DNA of 64,000 bases from Podarcis vaucheri. Its lineage: Eukaryota. A model generated the notes under the pieces. The model searched no databases, was not told the origin of the DNA, and saw only the letters and a list, made by a program, of their open reading frames with translations. The stretch is taken from the NCBI GenBank assembly GCA_965113315.1, contig OZ220365.1. One strand, 5' to 3'. This document shows positions 1-13,252 of the stretch, piece by piece (within the stretch, counting starts at the first letter, position 1; each line of letters opens with the position of its first letter). The position numbers were made by a program, and so were the translations under genes.

Positions 1-263
1 GCTGGTTTTCTCCTGCTTTGGAGGGGTAGGACTCAAACCAATGGCTTCAAGTAACAAGAAATGAGATTCTGACTTTCTGACAGTAAGAGCTGTTCCACGG
101 TAGAACGGACTTCCTCAGGAGGTGGTGGACTCTCCTTCCTTGGAGGTTTTTAAGCAGAGGTTGGATGGCCACCTGTCATGGATGCTTTAGTTGAGATTAT
201 CGTATTGCACATGGTTGGACTAGATGACTCTCCGGGTCCCTTCCAACTCTACAATTATGTGAT
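1..263 (+). mobile_element. CR1 LINE 3' fragment
   Basis: Typical CR1 3' end (ggttggactagatgac...cccttccaactc...) matching the CR1 copies at 24034-24981 and 46170-46710. Confidence 0.8.
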
Positions 264-839
264 ATAGAGGCCCTTCTCTTTCCATGCAAGTGTAGGTAGC
301 TTTATCTTTCTGGTCTCCAACCCCACACTTGACTTTGGTTGAAATCCTTCCTATGCCTGCTTCCCTGGACATAAGTCCCATCGAACTTAATGGAGCTTCC
401 TCCTGAGTAGACATGTCTAGGGTCGCACTCTTAAAGCGTGAACACGGCTGATACGTGTGTGTTCCTCCCAAGCCCCTAGACTTTATGGACCCACGCCTGC
501 CACGGACGCATTCCACAACAGAATGCCATGCTTTTTCCGGATTTTAAGGAGCGGGGGCGGAGGAGCGATTCCCGAGAGTGGCCCCGCTTGGGGGGCGGGG
601 GAGCGAGTGCTCTGCAGTGGAGAACGCGTGTCTGCTTGCGTGCGTGTTTTGATTCCGCGACGTGCAATGGGAGCGCTGGGCAGCGCTGATGCGGCCGGGC
701 TTGCTCCTATCCTGGAGCAGCGTGCTGTTGGCAGGCAGTTTCTTTGGGTTATTGAACATCTTTCCAAGCTGTCGTTTTTTTGAGAGCAGGAAAGCGGCGG
801 CGGCGCGTGAGAGAGCGCGAGTTTGTACTTTAGCTGGGA

Positions 840-854
840 ATGACGAAGGACCTG
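840..854 (+). CDS. Candidate alternative first coding exon end (MTKDL, phase 0)
   Basis: ATG at 840 followed by CTG|GTGAGG donor at 855 inside CpG island. Confidence 0.25.
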
Positions 855-1691
855 GTGAGGGGGTGGGGCGGCCGGGGGTGGAGGTTACCTTTCTGGTTTC
901 CCTCTTCTTGGCTGAGATGGCATTTGGTGGGGACACGTGTGTATTCTTTATTTCTGCAGTGCGTCCAGGGACGTGGATTTAGAATTGCGATGCCTTTTAA
1001 AGTACACATACACGTCGCTAACACAGAGTAAAGGAAGCGTCTCCACCTGCGTCACACACCTGTGAGGCTTCGCCACGTTCCTCCTCACTCTGCTGCAGCA
1101 GCAGATCCATAGCCAGAAACGGGGCCATTGGTAGCCAGAAATGGCACCTTATAACAAAGAAAGCTGCCTTACACCGAGTCAGATCCTTGGCCCATCTAGC
1201 TTACTATTGCCCACACTGACTGGCAAGCGACTCTCCGGGATTTCAGGCAGGGGACCTTCCCAACCCAACCCGAGGATCGAACCCAAGACCTTCTGAGCTA
1301 TTTCCACCCCTTCCCCTCATTTAGCCGATCACAATATGGGGTGGGTAGGGGGGAATTGGGGCTTGCTGCTGCGCCGTTCCTCCGGGCAAACTACGTGACG
1401 TAGATTCAGTAGGGACCAGCTTCCTTGATGGGGAAAAGCTTCACCTGTTGGATTTCTGGTCTCTTGAGCGACCAATAAGGTGCCTTGAACCCTTGGGAAT
1501 AGAAGGGCTACATTTTAATATTAGGGAGATTTCCCCCATCTCCCAGCCTGGAAAGAGACAGAAAGGGCGTCGGATCACTTTCAGCCTCTCTTCATTTCAG
1601 CCTCATCAGGTTCAAGTTCTCAGCCGGCTGTAAGGAATCGTGTGTTTTTGTGGCTCTACAGAAGCGTCGGCGACTGCAGAGATCCCTCCCT

Positions 1692-1695
<4 letters not shown>

Positions 1696-1731
<36 letters not shown>
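1696..1731. repeat. (CT)n microsatellite
   Basis: Direct reading. Confidence 0.95.
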
Positions 1732-1734
<3 letters not shown>

Positions 1735-2482
1735 CGCTCCCCAACTCCAAGCCTTTTCCAAACTGTTTTACGTTTGTTTTAGGAAGGGTGTGAGCGCTGC
1801 TGCAAATCATCTCGGCTTCCAAGTCTCTTGCTGAAAGGGTGCAGGTTGCTTACGCCCGAGCGCCCCTTATCATTTCAATAAATGCCAATTGCAGCCTTGG
1901 CGCTGTTATAGCAATGGAGCTACAGACGTCATTGCCTCCTCTTGGACGTGAGATGCGGCCAACCCCTCAGCCCCCTTCTCGCGCTCAAGAAAAACTCTGC
2001 AACTTCCAGCCAGGCGCGCAGTCTTTTGCCCAGAGATCCTGGGCACAGCAACCCGCTAACAGACGGACCGGAGAGGGATCAGCCAGCCCAGTTCTTTCTT
2101 TCTCTCTCTCTTCGAGGAGAAAAAGAAGTAATCATGAACTCAGTCGATTTGGGGGTGGCTGCCTTGCAAAAAGGCTTTGCAGAAGCTTCCGGGCAACGGA
2201 TGGAGAGGGAACCAAGCAGCCAACATGTCTTAAAGCAAGACTTGTCGAGCGCGGGGTTCCCTCCTTGGGGCGTCCAGGTTCCCTTGGGGCACCTGCTGCT
2301 CTTACTGTCTGCACCAGCAAAAGCTGGGAATTGGGGTGGGGGGGGGACCTTAACTTCCAGCCACTTCTGCGGCGAGCCCTCCCCGATTTCGTCTCTCTTT
2401 TGCCTTCCGGACTGAACCCCTTTCTTTCAAACTTGCCCCAGAGGGCGAAACAACCGAGATCAAGCTCGCTGCGCAGTTTTGG

Positions 2483-2491
2483 ATGGTAAGT
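2483..2491 (+). other. Strong splice donor ATG|GTAAGT (candidate first-exon end)
   Basis: Consensus 5' splice site with GT at 2486 within CpG island. Confidence 0.45.
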
Positions 2492-3737
2492 GTCCGTGAA
2501 GAGCGGGGGCGGGGGGGGGGAGGCGGCGTGGAGAACGCAGCAGCCTCGGAGGGCAGAGCAGGTGGTAGAAAAGCCGCAAAGGTTGGCGGGGTGGGGGGGG
2601 GGAGAAAGAGATAGAGGGAAAGAAAAAGTGTGGCAGCTTCTGCCAAAGCATCGAGGCAGCCTGGAGTGGAAAGGGTTACAGAGGCATTTGGGGCAGGTGC
2701 GGGTGGTGGTGGGGAGAGAGAGCGGGACAGGACGCAGATCCTGTCCGACTGCTGGGATTCCACCTTCCGTAACCGGGGAGCGCGCGTGCTTAGGAGTCGA
2801 GTTGCGCGTGAACTCCTGGTGGCCAGCTGCGAAGCGCCGGCTGCCCGCAACGATTCCTTAAGAGTCCGGCGCAACTTCCTTCGAGGGGACTGGCTCTCTC
2901 CTAGGCAGCGTGCTTCGGCGCTAGCAAGCCGAAGGGATCCGGGATCGGAGCTGGGAGGAGCGAGCAGGCTCCTCCCACGCGCCCCGCGCCCGATCCGGCT
3001 TTCCTGCCCACTGCCCCCCTTCCTCCGCCTGGACGGATCATCTGGTCCCTCTCCGCCCCCTGGCGTGAATTTCATCCGCCAGGACTCGCGCTCCGCGCAC
3101 CCCACGCCGCGTCCCAAAGCAAAGCGCCCCCCCTGCAGGCGACTTGGGCCCCTTGCAGCCCCGTGAGTCCCAGGCTAATAACTCCTCCTCCTCGCTCTCT
3201 GCAAGTCCTCCTCACCTTCATTGAGGTTCATTTAGAAACATTTCGCGCTGCACCCCGTCTCTAATATATATGTATATTTTAATATATTTAGGACTTCCCT
3301 AGTGCTATTACGCAGCGTTCCTTAATTTTTAACACCCCCCCCTTCCATGATCAGTTGGCCACTTTCTCAATTTCGCACCTCCACTTACTAGTTTCCCCGA
3401 AAAAGGCTATAATAACAATAATAATAATTAATAATGGTGGTGGTCTGTAGGAGGGTGGGGAGCAGATCCCATAACCAGGCAACCCTCCTTCGACGTGGGG
3501 CTGCGCGGATGGGCTTGTGATTTGTAGGATTGCTCCACTTAGACCCTGCCTCCTCCTTGCTCTCCAGCCACTCTAAAGTCTCTCCCCCTTTTTAAGCAGC
3601 GATTCTTTTCCATCCGCGGCGGTGTGTGTTACGCGCGCGTGTGTCTCGCTTTCTCCCTCCCGATCTCCCTGGAGAGAGAGAGAGAGAGCGAGAGAGAGCG
3701 AGGGGAAAAGGAAACTCTACTCCCAAGCCCCGTCCAG

Positions 3738-3828
3738 ATGTCGAAGAAACGCAAAACCCCCGAGGGTGGAGGATCCGGCCTCCCCGAGGAGGAACCCAAA
3801 ACCCAGTTGGGGGACAGCGAAGAGCAAG
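3738..3828 (+). CDS. Candidate first coding exon MSKKRKTPEGGGSGLPEEEPKTQLGDSEEQ(G), phase 1
   Basis: ATG 3738 after GA-rich leader; NLS-like KKRK plus acidic peptide; AAG|GTAGGA donor at 3829. Gene not identified. Confidence 0.55.
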
Positions 3829-4084
3829 GTAGGAGGGGGGCGGGAAGCTGGTTCGCCTGCCAGGGGGAAATATTAAGAGTGGGATCCAGCATAGGAATGC
3901 ATCTTTGAGCCGACCAGGTCCCCCACCAGCTGCTTGAGTTGGGCTGGCGATTGTCAAATTTAGGCCAGATTCCCTCTAGTCCAGGCTCTGTGATTGCATA
4001 TATACTTCTATTGTGTGTCTCGGGGTATTGTTGAACTTTTGGGAGTGAAGGGGTGAAAAGGCTGGAGAGGAAACAAAAGGGACG

Positions 4085-4107
4085 ATTGATTGATTGATTG
4101 ATTGATT
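4085..4107. repeat. (GATT)n microsatellite
   Basis: Direct reading. Confidence 0.9.
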
Positions 4108-6116
4108 GGCTGATCAAGTGATGAGAGGAGGGGCTGCAGCGTGGCTGATCAATCGTTCTTCCCTCCCCAGCCCTTTTATTTCAGTTGCATATGGTGTGCT
4201 CCTTTCGGTCTGTCTCTGGAGCATTGGGAAAATATTATATGGAGATCAGTATGTTTGGCGGTGTTGTGGGAGTGGGGGTTGCTGGTGAGTGAGAGTGCAT
4301 TTCTCTGTGGGAAAGACTGGTGGAGGGTCTCCTTACTTCCTCCATTGGCAAATCCTCCATCTCTGCCAAGGTGCTAGTTGCAAGATGCCGATTGCTGCAA
4401 ATATTGCACTTGCATCGCACTTGAGAGAAAGTTGTGGTTTTTTCTTTGCTGCATCCCCCCCCCCACTTTTGTGTGGGGAGCTGCCATGCACTTTAGCAGA
4501 TGGTGTGGGAAAGCAGATCAGCCCTGCCCTCCTTTGATCTCTTAGGCACTTTTGCAGTTGTTTGTTCTTTCTTTCACCTGCTCGTTTTCTTTCTCTTTGG
4601 TGCTTATTCTGCTTTACTGGGGCCTAGGTTTCACTCCAAGCCAAGGCATAGTCTTGAAGGGCTTGTCATTACAATGCAGAGGAGGGATTGGGGTGTGTTA
4701 GGGGGTCAGTGGTCCAAGCGATGGTTGTGAAGAGCAAGTTGAAGATTGTGTGTCCCCCGTGGACTGTAAATGTGTTTCTGCCCATGGCAGAATTGAGACG
4801 GTGCATTTGCCTTGTTGGCAGGTGAAAAACCTGAGACTGGAGCCGAAAGAGAGGGAATGCATGTCATCCAATATGGAGTCAGTTGTCCTTGTTCTCAAAA
4901 TGTTGAGGCTCAAAATGCCGTGAAAGCCGATCAAGACTTGGGAGATTCAGTCTCCGCCATGGATGTGTTTCTGGGGGGTGATATGATGTGGGTTTTTGTC
5001 TGTCTTCATTGCATCAAACCCGGTTCTTGGTGTGCTCTGCAAACATTTTCACAATGACGCAGTCATGGCGTTCCACCATTTGCTTTGAAGGGGCTTCTGG
5101 AAGGTGTTCGTTCTTCCTCTGTATTAGAGTCCTTTAGCATCAAAATTAAGGAAAGCCATCCTCTCCAATCCTAAATTATTTGTCTGTGAAAACAAGTCCA
5201 GTCACTTGCAGGCAAACCCAAACCTTCTGTGCATATTTCTATGCAGTTTATTTTCTTTTCAGTTGCTTGGAAGTGAATATTTTTTTCAGAAAACCTTCCT
5301 TCCTTCATTGAACAGAGACCTGAAAGCTAGATTGCAAGTGAAGTGCTATTTACACTACTGGGTTGCTTGCAATGAACATGGAAGCTCACGGAGAACACTG
5401 GCGCGGTGCAAATGTGATGGTTTCAAAACCGCTGCTTGTCAAGAAACCTCATGTAATGGCGGACAAAAGTACATTATGTTAGCAACGACACCTTTATTTG
5501 GAAACAAAGTAGAACTGATGAGCATACTTCCTCAGATTTGCAAATGTTTAATTAGCGAGTGATCGCCTAGCCTCTGCTCTGCTCACCTAATTTCTGACTC
5601 ACTTCCATTGCAGCCAAGGTATTGAGCATGGCCCAGATTACTGTATCTTTTTCAAAGCCTCAATGGCTGCTGGTCCTTTGTAGGCTGGAGGGTTCAAGCT
5701 CCGAATGCGTCAGCTCAGCTCTACCTTACGCTGGGCAGTGGTGAAACAAGTGTCCGCAGGGCACTCAGTGCCAGTGAATGCCACAAGTACTCATTTCAGA
5801 GAGCAGATAAAGCTTCTGCACCTATATTAAGTGTATCCACTGCAGATTCATGTACGCTCATTGATACTGTAAAATCATGGAACTAAACTCAGAATGCTTG
5901 ACTTGCCACACTTATTTTTACATAAACATATTTAAAAGTCTTTCTTCCCAGTTGACAGGAAAAATAATTCTGTTTGCTAATTTTGTGAAAATGTAATTGT
6001 GTAAACCATTTGAAGTATATAGAATGCCACAATATCTGAGTGTATGTGGGGGTGGGGGTGTGGCTGTTCTCTTTTATATTACCACCATGGATTATCCTAA
6101 AATGATTTGCTGTATT

Positions 6117-6333
6117 CAGTGGTACCTCAGGTTAAGAACTTAATTCATTCTGGAGGTCCGTTCTTAACCTGAAACTGTTCTTAACCTGAGGTACCACTTT
6201 AGCTAATGGGGCTTGCCGCTGTGCCGCTGCACAATTTCTGTTCTCATCCTGAAGCAAGGTTCTTAAACCGAGGTACTATTTCTGGGTTAGCAGAGTCTGT
6301 AACCTGAAGCGTCTATAACCCGAGGTACCAGTG
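6117..6333. mobile_element. Tc1/mariner(Tigger)-like MITE family A
   Basis: TIR cagtggtacctc.ggtta; same family at 20094, 38646, 59060. Confidence 0.85.
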
Positions 6334-7359
6334 TACATACAAAACACTTGTGTTTTACAGAGACAAAATACTTACTAGGCTCCAACATGCATTATATTGG
6401 GATTATTCAACCCAATGAAAGTCTGCCAACAGAAATTTCCAATCTACATTTATCCCTAGTTTTGTTTAATTTAGACAGGTGATATTATTTATTAACCCTG
6501 CTAGGATTTCTAGAAATTGCAAAAATGCAGAGGGACTGCAAAAACCTTCCTGCTTTGCATGTAACAACAGGAAAAGAATAGATGAAGGCTGGAGATTGGA
6601 GCAACCGATCAAAGCTTTGCTATTGTAATTCTTTACAGTATTTGGTAAATAGAGGGTACAAGCTGCTAGTAAGCAAATTGACTCTTTGTAAGGACATGTG
6701 TGGTTCTTAAGTATCTCTGGCCAACACCACTTAATTCATACATAACATCACAATGAGTTCTCCTCTCTTTGCCATTTATTATATTAACAAGCCCATGCCG
6801 TATTATTTTGACATCCTGAATCTTGCTTTTCTGCACATGCAACAAAGCAGACGACTGAACGATGGTCTGCTGAATGCTGGTGGTGCAGACACAGAATCTC
6901 TCTTAGCGTTCTGAGCTGGAGAAGAACAGGATTTGATTCATAATAAAGCCAAACATGATGGACTGGACAAATTCATATACTGAACTAGGGGCTGTTTGAT
7001 GATGAACTTCAATGACATACGGTAACTAGTTTATATACATAGAACTTATTACTAGTTAGATTTGTGTTAGGAGACTCGGCTGAATATCTGATGTTCAGAT
7101 ATTACTGCTTTTTTATTACTGGATATTTGCAAGTATGAATGATTTTTTCAGCTTAAATATTAGATTAAAAGTAGTGTCTGAAATCAGCCATCTATGAGAA
7201 TAGGAAGGCATTAGCTAAATGAAGCAAATGTTTAAAAAATGAATGTAGTCTCTACTGCAGCAGGAAAACATTCACTTCTTCAAAAAATGTGCAATATTTA
7301 TTTTGTGTATCCTATCCTCCCACTGTCAAAACAGTGCTTGCACCACTATAAAAAAGCAA

Positions 7360-7408
7360 AATAATAATAATATAATAATACAAATAATAATAATAATAAT
7401 AATAATAA
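7360..7408. repeat. (AAT)n microsatellite
   Basis: Direct reading. Confidence 0.85.
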
Positions 7409-7967
7409 TTTCAATAAAATCAGCTTTTTATGTGTCATTAAGATTAGACAGCTCCAGTGGCAAGATCAGCTGCTAAAATTTCAACCAGGCAAGCAAAAGA
7501 TGGTCAAAATATAAGAAATGTGGAGCAGGTGGTAGAATAGAGACGAAAGGAGCCAAACAGTTTTCCTGAAGATTTCCACAGTTTTGGTACAATCACACAG
7601 AATATGTTATACGTCTCAAACAGTCTTGCATCTGTTTAGTTGGGATGCAGAAATTGGCCTTTCTATGGTCCTTCAGTTAAACTTGGCCCAAGGCATTTGG
7701 GAATTTAAAGGTGTTTACCAGCACCCAAAATTATTCCCGACTGGTAACCAGTGCATTGCAGAATGGTGCAACCGAGCACCCACAAACAGCTGAAACATCT
7801 GGAGACTTTTGAGAGATAGGTAGCCTCCTGCAAAGTGTCACATCTAGAATGCAAAAAATAAAAAATCAGTGTAGCCATCTGATGTTCATCTTATGTCTCT
7901 CGCGATGCAGACAAACCCTTACTGTGGTTTTAAGGAGATCAGCATAAATTTAAAAAATAATGTTAGC

Positions 7968-7968
<1 letters not shown>

Positions 7969-8005
<37 letters not shown>
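7969..8005. repeat. (AAT)n microsatellite
   Basis: Direct reading. Confidence 0.9.
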
Positions 8006-8006
<1 letters not shown>

Positions 8007-9421
8007 TATTTTAGGGCAGCTTTTGGTTAAAGCATCTCATTTCCATGTAGAATTCGACTGGAGGAGTGAAAACAGCATTCCCAGGACAGCTTAGTTTGAT
8101 GGCAGCTCTTGCTTCCTTAACACCCAAATATCTGGAAGCATTCACATGGGTCCGGATGTCCAAGGGCTGAGCAGTTCCTGGACTGATCATGTTGTATATG
8201 GATTCACTTAGGCACCTCATCTGCCTCTGTTCCATGCAGGGCATCCTGCCTGTGGTGTTAAGGATGCAGCAAAGTCAGAGGTCTCTGGCTGCAGGCATAA
8301 ACCAAGCTCTAACACATAACAGTGGGCTTCTGAGGGCTGAAGTGGATGTGGCGCTATGTGTGCACAGTTTTTTTAAATGCAAATAGAAGTTGCTGAGGGA
8401 GACTGATTCTTACTGGGATCTAGAACAGCTTTCTTGGGTAGTCTGGAGTCACTGGTGGACTCTAGTTTCCTGGTATGTTGCTGTTACCAGGAGGGGTAGT
8501 TGTTGCTGTGCAAATGCATTGGCAACGTTGCCTGACTTTGCTGGTGCAGTTGCACCAAACCACCATTCCCTGGAATCAGCATAGTGGCTCCATCTCCTCA
8601 AGTGAGCTCCTTCTGCTGAGATTACAGCAGGGGAGGGGGAGATTAACGCTTTCCTTGCCTCCTGTTGTCTATACAAAAGCCACTTCTTTGAAGTGGCAAT
8701 TTGCACTGTAAGGAAACCCCCCCCCCCAATTTTTAGTTAGTTTTTTTTTAATCTCCCCTCATTTGATGCCACTGGGGGATTCCCACTCCAGAGTAAATAC
8801 TAGCTTCAGAAAATGGGTTTTCTTCATGTTAGCAATAGAGAAAGAAAGCGTTGTACTTTTCCCAATGTCCAGTCAGCTCTGATTGCATTATTCACCAGCC
8901 TCCGCCAGAAGCTATGTCTACATTTTTCAAAATATGTTAAATGCAGAAATGCATTTAATGCCACATCTAGTTTGACCCTGACTTTTCCCTCCCCTCTCTC
9001 GTAGTACAGGAAAGTATTATGAGTACCTGAAACTTGTACGGCTTTAAAAAGGGATTAGACAGATTCATGGAGGGCAAGGCTATCAGTGGGCACTAATCAT
9101 GTTCTCTTCATACTGGTGTGGTGTTGAAAGTCAGTGTCTAATGGTTAGAGTGCTGGAATATGACCTGGGAGATCAGGTTTCAAATCCCCACTCAGCCATG
9201 AAGCTCACTGTGTGACCTGCTCAGAAGCAAGTCCTATTAAATTCAGTGGAGCTTACTCCCAGGTAAGTGTGGTTAGGGTTGCAGCCTTTATCTGGATCCA
9301 ACCCATGGTGTAACTGCAGCTGTGCCTTTTGGCTTGTGGTGAGAGGGTTGCAGTTGTTTGTTCTAACCTGTTGACAAAAGGGCAGAATAACTAAAATGTT
9401 CCATGGCTAACTGAGCATAAC

Positions 9422-9568
9422 CAGTGCTTTTTTCTGGAGGGACACAGGGGTATGCATACCCCTAAACATTTTGTGAATCTAAGTTTGGCCTCATTGAGGG
9501 GCAGTATTTCAATATGAGTAGGAAAATGAGAGTACTTCTAAACATTTTTTAAAGGAAAAAAAGCACTG
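9422..9568. mobile_element. hAT-like MITE
   Basis: TIR cagtgctttttttc/gaaaaaaagcactg; 8-bp TSD agcataac/tgcataac (1 mismatch). Confidence 0.8.
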
Positions 9569-11548
9569 TGCATAACTATTGGTTTTGTAGCATGTTTATT
9601 TATAACGAGGCTTATCCTGACATTGATTCTTTCTCCTTTATTTTCAAAATAGTTTGCCTTATATGTATAACAGTAGCTGGTTGAATTCTGTGATATCCTG
9701 CAAGTTATCAAAATAGTGCCGATTGTTCTTGGTAAAGTAAAACTATGAAGAACACAGACAATATTTGAATGTTGTGGTAGTGGTGAATGCAGCTATGAAT
9801 ATTTTGTTTATCACTAGCCTTTTAGATGAACAAGAGCAATTTACATTCCACCGGCTAGGGCTGTAGTTTTCAGTCTGGACTCAGGCACATGAGTTTTCTT
9901 AGAAACCTCATTTTTAAAGCAATCTTTGTCATCAGATCCCAGGAATAGATTGAGAGGAAGAGTGCAGTAGCCAGATTTGCAAGTCTGCTTTGGAACTGGG
10001 CAAGACATTCAGCAGTAAGGGATCAGCTGCCTTGGACTTGGCAGTCTAGAAATTTTGCACTGGATTGCCAATAAACCAAAAGACTAAAATCTGTGTTTGG
10101 AAGAAATCATACAGCTTTGAACGAACATTTTATGCAGCATCCTGCTTTTTTTCCTCTTTTTTTGAGGGAGGAGCTTATGTTGTACAAGATAGGAAAAAGT
10201 AGTGTAGCAGATAAAGCATTGGTCTTGATTACCACCCCCTCTGCACCTTCCTGTACAGTATCTAAAATGTTGCCAAGCAGTTTTAGTGTTCTTATTTGCT
10301 TCCTCCTTGCCTTTCTTTTCACCAGTAGCATTTTAAATTCACCTTTCACCAATATAACTATTACTACTGTTATCGTCATTATTTTGCTATTCTTATTTAA
10401 AGCAGCGACAACAGTCCAGCAAGTTAAGAGCAGGTAAAATACCGGTAAAACACAAAATAAAAATTTCTGACATAAAAGCACAACCAATTAACAGCAGCAA
10501 AATAGTATCCCATAAATGCTTGGGAAAATAGAGGTTTTAAGCAGGCATCGGAATGTCAGCAACGTTGCTGCCAGTCATAATTCTGTGGGGAGGGAATACA
10601 GTACTCCAAGTAGGGCACCCTCATCAAGAAGGCTTCTGGTGGTGGGACAATGAAAATATTATCCCCAAGGTGCTACATGCAAAAATTGAGGCAGGCATCC
10701 TGTTTGTTGCACCCTAACTCCTGGGCTAAACCTCTTCACATCTTTAGGCCAAGGTCTTTATTCTCTAAAAAACCTTTCGGTCACTGAAGAAAGAGAATGG
10801 GTTGCTCTCCTTGACTTTGCAATTCTGCAATGGATTTGGATTGTTGCTTTTAACATAGTGTTGCTTTTGTTGTTTTATGTAGTCTCCAAGCCATTTCAGG
10901 GCTTAGTACATGGGACACATCTTTCTTTTTAGCTGTATTAATAAACAGGCTGTGAGGGCTCTTCATTGAAGTGTATTCACTAAGGTGAATTCAAGCAGAG
11001 TGAGCCTATAATCTGAATAAACTACAGAATGAGTCTTTGGAACACTTCTGTGTTTTGTTTCTCTTAAATCTCTGTCTACAGTGCCCACTACCTTTCCCAC
11101 AAATTGCTTTTAAGTTCTTCATAACAGGAATTATATCACATTTTGTCCGAGACTTACCTTATTTGACTTTTTCCTTCTTCCAATTCATTCTGAGGAAAGG
11201 AGCTGAGTCACTGAGAGGCAAACCTAGCAACTGTTGAATAAGACACAAGCACAGATAATACTAACGTGTAAGCAGGAGTAGCGCTTACAGTTTTGCCACT
11301 TCACTTTTTTGGAAAATAATGAAATGTGCCTAAACTGAGATTGTTACAACTTTGAATATAAAATGTGCTTAAGGTCCAACACTTAGCTACTCACCCCCTA
11401 CTGTCTGTTGCTTCTGAAAGTATATTGAGATCATCATTTTTGTGTGCTCTGTTTTCATAAACTGTAAACTGTTTTCTCACACACAGTCAAATTATTAGGT
11501 AACTTCTTGCTGGCATTGCTTTTGACACATTTACAAATTCAGGGTTAC

Positions 11549-11901
11549 CAGACCTCCAAGTGTCCCTATTTTCCAGGGACAGTCCCGGATTTACAGAAGC
11601 TGCCCTGGTTCCTGATTTGATTCCAGAATATCTCACTTTTCCTTAGGATGTCTCTAGTTTCATTGGAGAAATGTTGGTGTGTATGGAGTTATGTGTCCCC
11701 TGAGCCAAGGAGAGAAGTAACTATACAACCTTTAGAAGACATCTGAAGGCAGTCCTGCGTAGGGAAGGTTTTAAAAAAATGTTTAATGTTTTATTATGTT
11801 TGGAAGTCACCCAGAGATGGGTGGGATATAAATAATAAAATAATCGTTGTTGTTGTTGAATAGGACATCCCTATTTTCATCAGAGAAATGTTGGAGGGTA
11901 T
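11549..11901. mobile_element. Degenerate non-autonomous DNA transposon
   Basis: Imperfect terminal inverted match (cagacctccaa/ttggagggtatg) and repeated internal tccctatttt motifs. Confidence 0.5.
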
Positions 11902-12295
11902 GTATTACTTTGTAGGCTTGGGAAATGGGATTTGATTTATGAAATGGAATTTGGTCTTCAACCAGTTGGCCTGGACCGCTACCAGGCCGCAACCTGATCT
12001 AAAGTGGCTCACAACAGCAGCACTACCGCCATAAATGTACATGGCTAAGGATGGATCTGGGTTCTGAGAAGGCTGAAGATTACAGGTTTCAGTGAACAAA
12101 ATAGTTCAGGTAAAATTTAACTTTAATGGTACTGATCTGTGATTGCAAATATTGCTATCTCATGAGTATTTATTAGAATGTTAGTCTTAATTTTTCTTTT
12201 AAAATGCCTGTAATTAGGTTCTGAGCCTTCCCTTTAACTGTTTTTGTTTGCCCCTGGATTTTGTATAAGGTTTTGTCAAACTACAAGGCATAGTG

Positions 12296-12497
12296 AGCGT
12301 GGTGTAGTGGTTAGAGTAGTGGGGGGAGATGAGTGTTCAAATCGCTGGTCAGCCAGGAAGCCTACAGGTTGACCTTGGGTCAGTCGCTATCGCTCAGCCT
12401 AATTTACCTCATAGAATTGCTGTGTAGAGAAAATGGGGGGGGGGGGAGAGAACGTATGCCACCTGCAGCTCCTTGGAGGAAAGGTGAGGTGTAAATG
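12296..12497 (+). mobile_element. Old tRNA-derived (MIR/Squam3-like) SINE
   Basis: A box tggtgtagtgg, B box gttcaaatc; similar to 47746-47956 and fragments near 9130 and 20995. Confidence 0.65.
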
Positions 12498-13252
12498 TCA
12501 GAACATTTTTTTTTATGCTCAGAACTATTTTTTTCTGGACTGCTGTAGAAAAACTATTTTGAGAAAACTAGGATAACGAAGAACTCATAGAATCATAGAG
12601 TTGTAGAGCTGGAAGGGACCGCGAGGGTCTTCAGTCCAACCCCTTAAAACGCAGGGATCTTTTTGGCCAACGTGGGGCTCGGAATTAAGACCCTCAGAAA
12701 TACCCAGAAAAGAAAAGCATGATGACTGCTGGCTGGGATTAGGGACAAGAACATTATTGATGTATTGCTGTACCTTGGCTTTCAGTTTATTTATTTTGTC
12801 TGCAAAAACGTCTACACCACCAATATTAAGAAAAAATGTCATGGTGACAAACAGCATAAAATCAACAATTAAATTGCATAATTATTACAAGGGACTTTTG
12901 TTTTCTTTTTCTGCTTCGTTATACTGCCTAGCTACCTTATTGGTTACGTCGTGAGGTTGTTGAATGAGGGAGAAAGACCTAGCTGAACTTTAAACGAAAC
13001 AAGGCACAATATAGAAGCTTAAGACCAGTAATATTTTCTAACATTTCAAATGATTGATACCTCACAAGTCCCGATGTAAATAGCTGGAGAACTAAACAGG
13101 TTGGAGAGGTTGGAGAGGTTCAGGAGGCAACTTCCATAAACTTCCATAAATCGGCACCTCTGCTACTGTTTACTCCAGCTTAGAACAAAAGATAAGCCGC
13201 CGGTAAGCAAGCACCCCCCTACTATACATCCATATATACCCATATACCCACT

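Larger units (their letters stand above)
500..3900. promoter_or_regulatory. CpG island / promoter region of host gene
   Basis: High GC and CpG density compared with the CpG-poor remainder; GA/CT tracts; several strong + strand splice donors. Confidence 0.8.

Noticed and set aside
1839-3166. Long ORFs (216, 255, 178 aa) in the CpG island
   Set aside because: GC-rich stop-poor sequence, low-complexity peptides on both strands, no recognisable domain
3738-3828. Assigning a gene symbol to the host gene
   Set aside because: Peptide too short for me to identify reliably and no confident downstream exons in the window
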